Shown here one piece after another: positions 1 to 11,400 of a stretch of 64,000 bases of DNA (positions within the stretch are counted from its first letter, which is position 1; each line of letters starts with the position of its first letter). The DNA comes from Macrostomum lignano (Eukaryota), in NCBI GenBank assembly GCA_002269645.1, contig NIVC01001672.1, positions 119,428 to 183,427 of the forward strand, read 5' to 3'. Below the pieces are notes generated by a model, which was given only the letters and a program-made list of their open reading frames with translations, had not been told where the DNA came from and ran no database searches. The translations under genes and the position numbers were made by a program.

Positions 1-913
1 ACACCGCAACTGTCTGTCTGCGAGGCGACTCAAACGGATTCCGTGCTTCATGCTCTCTGTCGTTTCAGTGTCCCGGAGTTTCGGAGAAATTCGATAAGCC
101 GGCGATTAGCCGACGACTCGGTCGGCATCGCGCCGTTGGCGTTTGTGCCGATGGTCGTGGTTCATGTGCATGGCTTTGCGGCCTTGACCTTGATCAGCAT
201 ACGCTATCTCGATGCTGTAACCGTCTAATACGATGACGGCAGTGTTAGGATCCCCTTTTGTCTTATAAAATTGGCCGATTAAGGCTCCAGTCCCCGGCCT
301 TGTACCTGATTCTGGTTCTTTGGTGTCTAATTTAAGCTGCGACGGGGCTGTGAGAGCTCGCGGCCAACATTCGAAATGAACCTACAATTACATGTAAGAA
401 GGCTAAATGAACCTACACAAACATGATTCATACGATCCCGCAGCTACGGCTCCATGCCGTTAATTTCCCTTTTGATGGAGTCAACCATTCATTCTGCAAG
501 CCTTTTGCTTGCGGGTGCCTATAGATGGAGTCTTTAGAGCAACAGTCTCGTTCCTCGTAGTCTCGCATCGTGACACTCAACAGCGTCGTATGTCGCTCAC
601 TTGTTCGTTGAGAAACGAATTTTATTTGTCTATTGAAAAGATAAAAACGAGACTGTGTCCTGCCATCGGTTCGATGGCAGTGTGTCGATCTGTTTGGATA
701 GGCGCATTGTCAATCGACTGGATTGGCAAAAGTACAAGATAAAGAAGATTGAAACTAAAATATGCATCTTCCTACTTGAAAATACGCTCGTACGTGTAAG
801 TAGAATTGTAGATTCTTAAACCATGCTAATATGGACTCGGATAACCAAGATGGGCTCAACAACAGCAGCAACAAAAATACGCTGCATGTGTGGGTCTTCA
901 GAAGCCAGCGTCA

Positions 914-1110
914 TTAAGACAGCAGGCAGTCGACGAAGCACCGGAGTGCACGCGCCTGTCCTTGTCGGTAGGGCGCGCCTGGAGCGTCAGCATGCAGCAG
1001 CACCTCCTGCACCGGCTGGGGGCAGTGCGACTCGGCTTGGATAATATGGCTTGCCAGCTGGAGTCGCCGACGGCGAAACAGCTGGGTCGCTTGGACGTAG
1101 CTCAGCCTTT
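914..1110 (-). mobile_element. Decayed 3' fragment of an RTE-clade non-LTR retrotransposon (post-RT region)
   Basis: Minus strand reads (T)QLFRRRRLQLASHIIQAESHCPQPVQEVLL...YRQGQARALRCFVDCLLS*, aligning to LRRRRLQLAGHVIRAEGCCPQPVQDVLL...FRRGQARTRRYVDCLLC of the copy at 45611-46449; indels present. Confidence 0.75.
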
Positions 1111-2229
1111 AGCTTTTTTAGCTCAGTTAGACCATAGACAAAATTTCTGCTCATCTGAGAACGAGATTCATCCAACAACGAACGGTAGGTAGAGCTGTCG
1201 TTAACCTTTGCGAAGGATGGTAAAAAATTCATCCCCAGACTATAGCAATCCATTCAGGTAGTATATATCATCCTTTGAATAATGAATACATAGAACTAAT
1301 TATAAGCAGACAAGAAATGAATTAGAATTGCGTTTTGTTTAAATAAAATTGAGTAATGCACGTAGGAAGTCAGGAAGAAAGAATTCGGTAAGTTTATATT
1401 GCGGCAGGCAAGTAACCCGTTTTGTGTCTGACAAGACGCATCTTTACCGAATGAATCCAGACCGCGACTGCGCAATGCCGCGATTACGGTTTTCTCTCAA
1501 ATTGCAAAAGCTGTTTAAGTATTCTTAAGCTGCATTGTGGTTGCAAAACGGATAACGAAAACTCTAATTTGAGCTGTTACGCTAGCGTAACATGATCGCG
1601 TCTGAATTTGAATGAACTCGAAGTGACTGCATCAATTTAAGAGGCTTCTATTAGTGGATCAGGCACTTAGCGGCTCAAATTCGGTGACTAGAAGAGACTC
1701 GTGGAACCCGCGAACAGCTAAAGTAAAGCTTTGGAGTCCGAAAGTTGCACTGCAGCCTGACAATACACGAAAGTATATAACTGTTCCACATTCTGAGCTA
1801 TTCACACCCACGGCACAGAGTGTGTACACATGTTTGACCATGAGAAAGTCAGAGCCCGTGTAAACTTTATGTAGGCCTATCCATGTGCGTTCTCAGGGGT
1901 CACAGCGGAACGGGCATTACTTGACTTATCCACAGGGGCTCCAGGCATCTGGATACAGCGGGGAGGCGTTGCATGCTAATCCCTGGCGACCACGGTCAGC
2001 TGGTGCCTGTGTCCTCAGCGCGGTCCCGCTCTGAAGAGTCCAGGAGGCTTGGTGTTGGCACCACTTACGATGGCTTGATTCTAGACTGGAGGCTTCAGTC
2101 ACATGAATATTGATGACATGTCCGTCTCCTGGCGATTTTGTCCGATTGTGAGTGCCCTGTCGAGTCCGATCGGTAATGCCCGGACTACAGGTGGCCTTGG
2201 CTCGATCTATGGTCACCGACTTCGCTCAG

Positions 2230-2278
2230 CCAATCGCGACAGTCGAGTTGTGCGGTCTGAAGCGGCCGTCTATTTAAA
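2230..2278 (+). promoter_or_regulatory. Putative core promoter of the defensin-like gene (CCAAT box 2230-2234, TATA-like TATTTAAA 2271-2278)
   Basis: Motifs lie 95-145 bp upstream of the ATG at 2373 in the expected order. Confidence 0.45.
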
Positions 2279-2372
2279 GTCGGAGATTTTTCCCAACCAG
2301 ACTCCGCCCGATCATCAGCTCGAATCGACAACTCACTGCAGCTAGGATAAGAAGTTCCCCGAGACAAGCTCA

Positions 2373-2765
2373 ATGGCTCAAAAGCTCGTCCAGCATCTTG
2401 CTTTGATGCAGCTGCTGCTTCTGCTGCTCCTGCTGCACAGCGGCGGCGGCGGCTGTAGCAGCGCCGGCCTCGATCTCGACGCCGGCCTTGAGACAGAGGA
2501 CGACAGCGCTGCAGTCGTCGGCCTCGAGACCGACAAGAGATGTGAGGCTTTGCCTGTCTAGCTCGTATCAAATTGACATTGAAATAAACTTAATTGACAT
2601 AATTGACACTAACTGACATCGGCAGACATGCACACCGGCCTGTCCTACTGCACCAGGCTGTGCCACTACAACTTCGGCCGGCACGCCAGATGCCGCGGCT
2701 ATTTCAATTCGGTCAGCCGCGGCTGCGACTGCGTCTGCGCCGCGTTCAACGGCTGGGGCCGTTGA
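2373..2765 (+). CDS. Secreted cysteine-rich defensin-like prepropeptide, 102 aa; join(2373..2541,2626..2765)
   Basis: Exon 1 gives a signal peptide ([31 protein letters not shown]), an acidic propiece and KR. 84-nt intron GTGAGG...ACTAAC branch...GGCAG in phase 1. Exon 2 gives YMHTGLSYCTRLCHYNFGRHARCRGYFNSVSRGCDCVCAAFNGWGR*. AATAAA at 2886. Confidence 0.85.
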
Positions 2766-3028
2766 CTGACCAGTATCGAGACTGCTCGAGCCCAATGCTC
2801 GTGTCTGCAACCGCGGCTTTGCAAAACGTTTCACTGACAATCATAAAGTTCCTGACGATCTGGAACAGCGAGATCATAGTTCTAGAATAAAACGATAATA
2901 AACGAGAAGAGTAGTTATGCTAGACTAATTAAAGAGACTTATCAGTTTTTTTCTTGGAAATAAGTATGTTTTTGTTTTAGAAAGTCTCATCTCTCTGGTA
3001 TTTAAAAGCTTTTGAGACCCTCTGTTGC

Positions 3029-3711
3029 TTGAAAGCATGCAGCTCTCTGCGGTTTGAAAGCAACAGCTCTCTGCGGTTTGAAGTCAACAGCTCTCTGAGG
3101 TTTGAAGGCAACAGCTCTCTGCGGTTTGAAGGCAACAGCTCTCTGCGGTTTGAAGGCAACAGCTCTCTGCGGTTTGAAGGCATGCAGCTCTCTGCGGTTT
3201 GAAGGCAACAGCTCTCTGCGGTTTGAAGGCAACAGCTCTCTGCGGTTTGAAGGCAACAGCTCTCTGCGGTTTGAAGGCAACAGCTCTCTGCGGTTTGAAG
3301 GCAACAGCTCTCTGCGGTTTGAAGGCAACAGCTCTCTGCGGTTTGAAGGCATGCAGCTCTCTGCGGTTTGAAGGCAACAGCTCTCTGCGGTTTGAAGGCA
3401 ACAGCTCTCTGCGGTTTGAAGGCAACAGCTCTCTGCGGTTTGAAGGCAACAGCTCTCTGCGGTTTGAAGGCAACAGCTCTCTGCGGTTTGAAGGCACAGC
3501 TCTCTGCGGTTTGAAGGCAACAGCTCTCTGCGGTTTGAAGGCATGCAGCTCTCTGCGGTTTGAAGGCAACAGCTCTCTGCGGTTTGAAGGCAACAGCTCT
3601 CTACGGTTTGAAGGCAACAGCTCTCTGCGGTTTGAAGGCAACAGCTCTCTGCGGTTTGAAAGCATGCAGCTCTCTGCGGTTTGAAGGCATGCAGCTCTCT
3701 GCGGTTTGAAA
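3029..3711. repeat. Minisatellite, 24-bp unit (GCAACAGCTCTCTGCGGTTTGAAG), about 28 copies
   Basis: Tandem periodicity; source of the spurious SSLRFEGN / PSNRRELL ORFs. Confidence 0.95.
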
Positions 3712-4274
3712 TGACCTGTGGTATTTAAATGATCAGAAGTCAACAATACTTCGTGAGAGCTACAAAGTGGCTGGCAAAGATGAGCAATCAAGACGCTAAA
3801 ATTAGATATCCCAGTTGCGTCGAACGGAAAATCAATCAGCGTTAAAACTAGCGAAAGGTTTCAAAGACGCGGAGAATATTTATCAGTCTGCAGCCGGAAA
3901 ATATCGTCAAAGCAAATTCCCTAATTAAGCCGCAGTTTGAGATTCCTGAGCAAATCTTCCTAGCGGAATTTGTAAACTGCCGATGCATCAATACCAAACA
4001 GCTTTGCAGCTTTGGGGAGACATCGAGTTTCCTTTTGCCAGCTGGCCCGAATGAGGCTTCAGTCTAATTAGCAGCGGCCAGCTAGTAGAATTCTGCAAGG
4101 AAATCTGCAGCAAACCAGTCCTGAAATTCTACACTTTGACTCTTCCTGCACCATCCTGAGACGTGGACACCTGAGAGTTCAGTAGTGGAAATTTATCTGT
4201 CAAAGTCTTTCACACAGAAAAATTTACCAAGCTGTGTTAGTTTTAGCTTCTGTCTACGAGCCCAGTGCGTCTAC

Positions 4275-5786
4275 ATGTAGGATCAATGTAGGATCATGTC
4301 ATATAGGATCATGTAGGATCATGTGGGATCGTGTAGAATCATGTCATATAGGATCGTGTAGAATCATGTCATGTAAGATCATGTAGGATCACGTCATGTA
4401 GGATCGTGTAGGATCATGTAATGTAGGATCGTGTAGAATGATGTAATGTAGGATCGTGTAGGATCATGTTATGTAGGATCGTGTAGAATGATGTCATGTA
4501 GGATCGTGTAGGATCATGTTATGTAGGATCGTGTAGAATCATGTAATGTAGGATCGTGTAGGATTATGTCATGTAAGATCGTGTAGAATCATGTAATGTA
4601 GGATCGTGTAGAATGATGTCATGTAGGATCGTGTAGAATGATGTCATGTAGGATCGTGTAGAATGATGTCATGTAGGATCGTGTAGGATTATGTTATGTA
4701 GGATCGTGTAGAATCATGTAATGTAGGATCGTGTAGGATTATGTCATGTAAGATCATGTAGGATCACGTCATGTAGGATCGTGTAGGATTATGTCATGTA
4801 AGATCGTGTAGAATCATGTAATGTAGGATCGTGTAGAATGATGTCATGTAGGATCGTGTAGGATCATGTTATGTAGGATCGTGTAGGATCATGTAATGTA
4901 GGATCGTGTAGGATCATGTTATGTAGGATCGTGTAGAATGATGTCATGTAGGATCGTGTAGGATTATGTCATGTAAGATCATGTAGGATCACGTCATGTA
5001 GGATCGTGTAGGATTATGTCATGTAAGATCGTGTAGAATCATGTAATGTAGGATCGTGTAGAATGATGTCATGTAGGATCGTGTAGGATCATGTTATGTA
5101 GGATCGTGTAGAATCATGTAATGTAGGATCGTGTAGAATGATGTAATGTAGGATCGTGTAGGATCATGTTATGTAGGATCGTGTAGAATCATGTAATGTA
5201 GGATCGTGTAGGATTATGTCATGTAAGATCGTGTAGAATCATGTAATGTAGGATCGTGTAGGATTATGTCATGTAGGATCGTGTAGAATGATGTCATGTA
5301 GGATCGTGTAGAATGATGTCATGTAGGATCGTGTAGAATGATGTCATGTAGGATCAATGTAGGATCATGTCATGTAGGATCGTGTAGAATCATGTAATGT
5401 AGGATCGTGTAGAATCATGTAATGTAGGATCGTGTAGAATATGTCATGTAGGATCAATGTAGGATCATGTCATATAGGATCGTGTAAGATCATGTCATGT
5501 AGGATCGTGTAAGATCATGTCATGTATGATCGTGTAGAATCATGTCATGTAGGATCGTGTAGAATCATGTAATGTAGGATCGTGTAGAATATGTCATGTA
5601 GGATCAATGTAGGATCATGTCATATAGGATCGTGTAAGATCATGTCATGTAGGATCGTGTAAGATCATGTCATGTAGGATCGTGTAAGATCATGTCATGT
5701 ATGATCGTGTAAGATCATGTCATGTAGGATCGTGTAAGATCATGTCATGTAGGATCGTGTAGGATCACGTCATGTAAGATCGTGTG
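4275..5786. repeat. Composite minisatellite, about 25-bp unit built of TAGGATC(A/G)TG subunits
   Basis: Tandem periodicity over about 1.5 kb. Confidence 0.95.
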
Positions 5787-6352
5787 TAGGGTCCTTTAGT
5801 CGGATTGAGAAAAGAGTTTAAAAGCAGCAGCTAATAAGTAGGTGGCTCATATAGAGAAGATTGATGCGAAATAGCATAGAAATTTTGGAGTTGGAATGCT
5901 GTCTATTTATGAGGATTATCGGAACACAATTGCCAGAGCAAAACAAATATATTTAGCAATCAGTTAGCACAAAATCCTACTGAGATTTTAGCAAAAATTA
6001 GCAAAATTAGCAAAATTATGGCACAAAAAAATGAGGTTTTCAATTATTTTAATATAAGCACAGCCAATTTCTTATCTGAAAAAAACGCCTCGCAATAAAA
6101 TTAAAAAATACTACTTTTAATTTTCTTACTACTTTTGAAAGTAGCAACACAGCGGGGGAACACATGGCAGCCAAAAACACCGAAGAATTTGGACCAGAAA
6201 GTGCAAATTATCAAAATACTCATAACGATTGTTCGACTGGATGAAGCTGAGAGCAAAGCCTTATGGAGATCGTGAGGATGGGGAAGTGGAGAATAGGGAT
6301 CTCGGTAGCAATTGACACATTCTGGGCCACTGAAGATGCAATGAGCGAGATA

Positions 6353-7437
6353 TGGGTCAGTGCGGAGATGGGTCAGTGAGGGAGGTGGGTCAGTGAGGGA
6401 GGTGGGTCAGTGAGGGAGGTGGGTCAGTGAGGGAGGTAGGCTCAGTGGGTAAGTGGGAGAGGTGGGTCAGTGAGGGAGGTGGGTCAGTGAGGGAGGTAGG
6501 CCAATGGGTCAGTGAGGGAGGTGGGTCAGTGGGTAAGTGGGAGAGGTGGGTCAGTGAGGGAGGTGGGTCAGTGAGGGAGGTGGGTCAGTGAGGGAGGTGG
6601 GTCAGTGAGGGAGGTAGGCCAATGGGTCAGTGAGGGAGGTGGGTCAGTGGGTAAGTGGGAGAGGTGGGTCAGTGAGGGAGGTGGGTCAGTGAGGGGGGTG
6701 GGTCAGTGAGGGAGGTGGGTCAGTGAGGGAGGTGGGTCAGTGAGGGAGGTGGGTCAGTGAGGGAGGTGGGTCAGTGAGGGAGGTGGGTCAGTGAGGGAGG
6801 TGGGTCAGTGAGGGAGGTGGGTCAGTGTGAGAGGTAAGTCAGCGAGGGAGGTGGGTCAGTGAGGGAGGTAGGCCAATGGGTCACTGAGGGAGGTGGGTCA
6901 GTGGGTAAGTGGGAGAGGTGGGTCAGTGAGGGAGGTGGGTCAGTGGGTAAGTGGGAGGTGGGTCAGTGAGGGAGATAGGTCAGTGGGTAAGTGGGAGGTG
7001 GGTCAGTGAGGGAGGTAGGTCAGTGGGTAAGTGGGAGAGGTGGGTCAGTGAGAGAGGTGGGTCAGTGGGTCAGTGGGGAGGTGGGTCAGTCGTGAGAGGT
7101 GGGTCAGTGGGTCAGTGAGGGAGGTGGGCCAATGGGTCAGTGAGAGAGGTGGGTCAGTGAGGAAGGTAGGCCACTGGGTCAGTGAGGAGGTGGGTCAGTG
7201 GATCAGTGTGGGAGCTGGGTCAGTGTGTCAGTGAGAGAGGTGGGTCAATGGATCAGTGAGAGAGGTGAGTCAGTGAGGAAGGTGGGTCAGTGGGTCAGTG
7301 GAGGAGTGGGTCAGTGGGGGAGGTGGGTCAGTGGGGAGGTGGGTCAGTCGGGGGAGGTGGGTCAGTGGGTCAGTGGGGGAGGTGGGTAAGTGAGTGAGGG
7401 AGGTGGGTCAATGAGATAGGTGGGTCAGTGGGTCAGA
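6353..7437. repeat. G-rich minisatellite, 17-bp unit (GGGTCAGTGAGGGAGGT)
   Basis: Tandem periodicity with variant units. Confidence 0.95.
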
Positions 7438-7911
7438 TTGAGAACAGAATCAATGATGAAGAAGTACCAGAGTGCATGCTGAGCTAAAGAAGCAAAAATC
7501 AAATATAAAAAATCAAAAAAGAGCTCAGAACCGAGCTCTGAGCTGTTTTTACTCATATATAAATTCTAAAACTATCAATTTACATTTTTTCAAGACATTT
7601 TAGCAGTAAAAACAGTCAAGCGGTAAGTAAAACACGCGCCGAGACAGCTGATCGCAGAGTAGAAAATTAGTAATCTGGCCCAAATATTGATTAATAAGCA
7701 ATTAGCAGGTACAGACAAAAGCAGATTCACAATTTGACTGTCACAATATTGATGCAAGTGACACAGGACCATAGTAAGCGCGCAATACAGGCAGTATGGG
7801 GCATACGTGAAGCAATAAACAATTAGTAATAATAATATTAGAAACTTCAAGAAACCCATTGGTATGAAGGGTTTTTTATTATAGCGTGTGTCGTGACACA
7901 TCAACTTCACT

Positions 7912-8410
7912 CTCAAATGGAATGGCACCCTTCTCAAATGAAATGGCACCCTTCTCAAATGAAATGGCACCCTTCTCAAATGGAATGGCACCCTTCTCAA
8001 ATGAAATGGCACCCTTCTCAAATGGAATGGCACCCTTCTCAAATGAAATGGCACCCTTCTCAAATGAAATGGCACCCTTCTCAAATGAAATGGCACCCTT
8101 CTCAAATGAAATGGCATCCTTCTCAAATGAAATGGCACCCTTCTCAAATGAAATGGCAACCCTTCTCAAATGAAATGGCAATCCTTCTCAAATGAAATGG
8201 CAACCCTTCTCAAATGAAATGGCACCCTTCTCAAATGAAATGGCACCCTTCTCAAATGAAATGGCATCCTTCTCAAATGAAATGGCCATTTATTTGAATG
8301 GCATCCTTCTCATATGAAGTGGCAACACTTCTAAAATAAAGTCGCACCCTACTCAAATGAAATGGCAACCCTTCTCAAATGAAATGGCAACCCTGACATG
8401 GCACCCTTCA
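7912..8410. repeat. Minisatellite, 21-bp unit (TCAAATGAAATGGCACCCTTC), immediately 3' of the kinase stop codon
   Basis: Tandem periodicity; degenerate towards 8410. Confidence 0.95.
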
Positions 8411-8454
8411 CAATGAAGACCTGAACACCCGGAAGGACCACAGTACAAGCCGTG

Positions 8455-11400
8455 CTACAATTGCGACTGCCGATAAGCCGCCGGCAGGCGCACAGATTCA
8501 AAGCTGCTGCCGCGGTCGCTGCCGTCTCCGGCCTCCGACCCCGACGACGCTGCCGATTCAGACGAGGACGCAGTCGATGCGGTCGCTTCGCCGTCAGCTT
8601 GCCGCCGCTTCTGTCGCCGCCGACTCCGCCGCCGTTTCTGCTGCTTCTGCTGTTGCTGCTGCTTGCGCTGACCGTTGCTGCTCCCGGCGGGAGGCCGCTT
8701 CTGCGGCGCGAACCGGAGTCGCCGATCGTCCTCAGTGGCGAAGGCGGCCGGATCCAGCCGGCGGGCGGCCAGCGCTTCAAACAGCTTGCCGCCGGCCGGG
8801 GTAGCGGAGGTCTCGCAGCCGGCGCCAAGCTCGGCGTAAAATGGCGATTGGGCGAGGTCGGGGAGGCTGGCCAAGCGTCGGCGCGGGTTCTTCTGCAGCA
8901 GCTGCTCGACGGTGTAGCGGCACTGCCAGCTCAGCCGGCCGGGCGTCTCGTATTCGTGACCGCGGATCATCTGCGCCATCTGCCGGTGCGACCGGGCGCC
9001 GTGCAGCGGGAACTGCGGGGAGAGGTGTGGGATTGGTGTGGGGTGTGAGGTGTGGGATTAGTGTGGGTATGAGGTTTGGGATTAGTGTGGGGTATGAGGT
9101 GTGGGGTGTGAGATTTGTGTGGGATTGGTGTGGGTTGTGAGATGTGGGATTGGTGTGGGTTGTGAGATGTGGGATTGGTGGGGGTTGTGAGATGTGGGAT
9201 TGGTGTGGGTTGTGAGATGTGGGATTGGTGTGCGTTGTAAGGTGTGGGGTTTGAGGTGTGGAATATGTGTGGGGTAAGATGTGGGGTATGAGGTGTGGGA
9301 TGTGAGGTGTGAGATTAAAAGTCTACGTTGATTGGTAGGGGATATGACGTGTGAGATTGGCGTAGGGAGTGCAGTGTGGGGATTAATGTGGGGTTTTATG
9401 TGGGACTAGGTGTGGGTTTCGTGCGGAACATGAGAAGGGAAGGAAGCTGCATGAAATAGACTGGGCCTCACCTTGCCGCAAACCAGAGCATAGAACAGAA
9501 TGCCCAGCGACCACCAGTCGACGGAGTGGTCGTATGGCTGACCGTTGAGCATCTCCGGAGCTGCCGGGCGGGCGAGGGTGGTATTGGAACTCTTGATGCA
9601 GAGATGGAGAAGAATCTACACGAATGTGTGAATGAATTGAACACCTGTGTGAATGGATTGAACACCTGTGTGAATGGATTGAACTCCTGTGTGAATGGAT
9701 TGAACTCCTGTGTGAATGGATTGAACTCCTGTGTGAATGGATTGAACTCCTGTGTGAATGAATTGAACTCCTGTGTGAATGGATTGAACTCCTGTGTGAA
9801 TGGATTGAACTCCTGTGTGAATGGATTGAAATCCTGTGTGAATTTACTGAATCTGCACGTCAATTAATTGAACATATGCGTGAATCACAAGATGTACACG
9901 TGAACAGAAAGAGCCAGATTGTGAATCACAGAATCTACACGTGAACAGAAGGAGCCAGATTGTGAATCACAGAATCTACACGTGAACAGAAAGAGCCAGA
10001 TTGTGAATCACAGAATCTACACGTGACAGAAAGAGCCAGATTGTGAATCACAGAATCTACACGTGAACAGAAGGAGCCAGATTGTGAATCACAGAATCTA
10101 CACGTGAACAGAAAGAGCCAGATTGTGAATCACAGAATCTACACGTGAACAGAAGGAGCCAGATTGTGAATCACAGAATCTACACGTGAACAGAAAGAGC
10201 CAGATTGTGAATCACAGAATCTACACGTGAACAGAAGGAGCCAGATTGTGAATCACAGAATCTACACGTGAACAGAAAGAGCCAGATTGTGAATCACAGA
10301 ATCTACACGTGAACAGAAAGAGCCAGATTGTGAATCACAGAATCTACACGTGAACAGAAAGAGCCAGATTGTGAATCACAGAATCTACACGTGAACAGAA
10401 AGAGCCAGATTGTGAATCACAGAATCTACACGTGAACAGAAAGAGCCAGATTGTGAATCACAGAATCTACACGTGAACAGAAAGAGCCAGATTGTGAATC
10501 ACAGAATCTACACGTGAACAGAAAGAGCCAGATTGTGAATCACAGAATCTACACGTGAACAGAAGAAACCAGAGTGTAAATCACAGAATCTGCTAGAACA
10601 GAGATACATAAAGACCGTGAAAGCACAGACAACGCACCCGCATAGGTGAGGGTGCCGCAGATAGTCCTAGTGTTTTGTCCTCGCTTAAGCCACTTGCACA
10701 ATCCGAAGTCCACCAGGACCGGATGGCCGGCAGCGTCCAGTACGACATTCTCCAGCTTCAAGTCCCGGAAGATCACACCGCGGCTATGCAGAAAGTCCAA
10801 GCAGCAGGCCAGTTCGGCAACATAGAACCTGGCCAGAGGCTCCGAATAGCGGCCGTGCCTGCGCCAGTCGGCAAACAGCTCCCCATTAGGCAGGAACTGC
10901 AGCAGCAGGTAGAGCCGCTTCCTAGTCTGCCAGTGGCACTGCAGAGCGGCCACGAAAGTCGAATAGCCGATAGCCAGTTGGACTCCGACTTCGTCTTTGC
11001 TTTGGCGGACGACGCCGTGGCCCTGGGATAGTAGGCGGGCCTTGTCGATCACCTTCAACGCGTACAGCTGCTTGTCATCCTCGGAGCGAACTTTTAACAC
11101 GTTGCCGAATGCGCCGGCAGAGATCACGTCGAGTACCTGAGCGCATGCATAAGATGATTCGATTTTTATGTTAAATACGAGCATACATGCGCGCGAGGTC
11201 TACTGCAAGTAGAAATGAAAACATTTTACATAGGGAGACGAAGATTTTAGAATCAGATATTTACGAACTATAATAAGTGTATAGATGGGCCACTTAGGCT
11301 TATTGACTAGATAAAACAGTTTCACTACTTTCAGTTCAGTAGCAAAGAAGAACATGTAAGCTATTTTAAGAAAAGAAAAAGCAACTGGAAAGACTTGTTG

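Noticed and set aside
2282-2294. kappaB-like GGAGATTTTTCCC near the defensin-like gene
   Set aside because: A single degenerate match downstream of the TATA-like box; not distinguishable from chance
4005-4160. Frame LWGDIEFPFASWPE*GFSLISSG... with in-frame TGA, considered as a possible selenoprotein exon
   Set aside because: No recognisable selenoprotein motif, no SECIS identified and no start or splice chain
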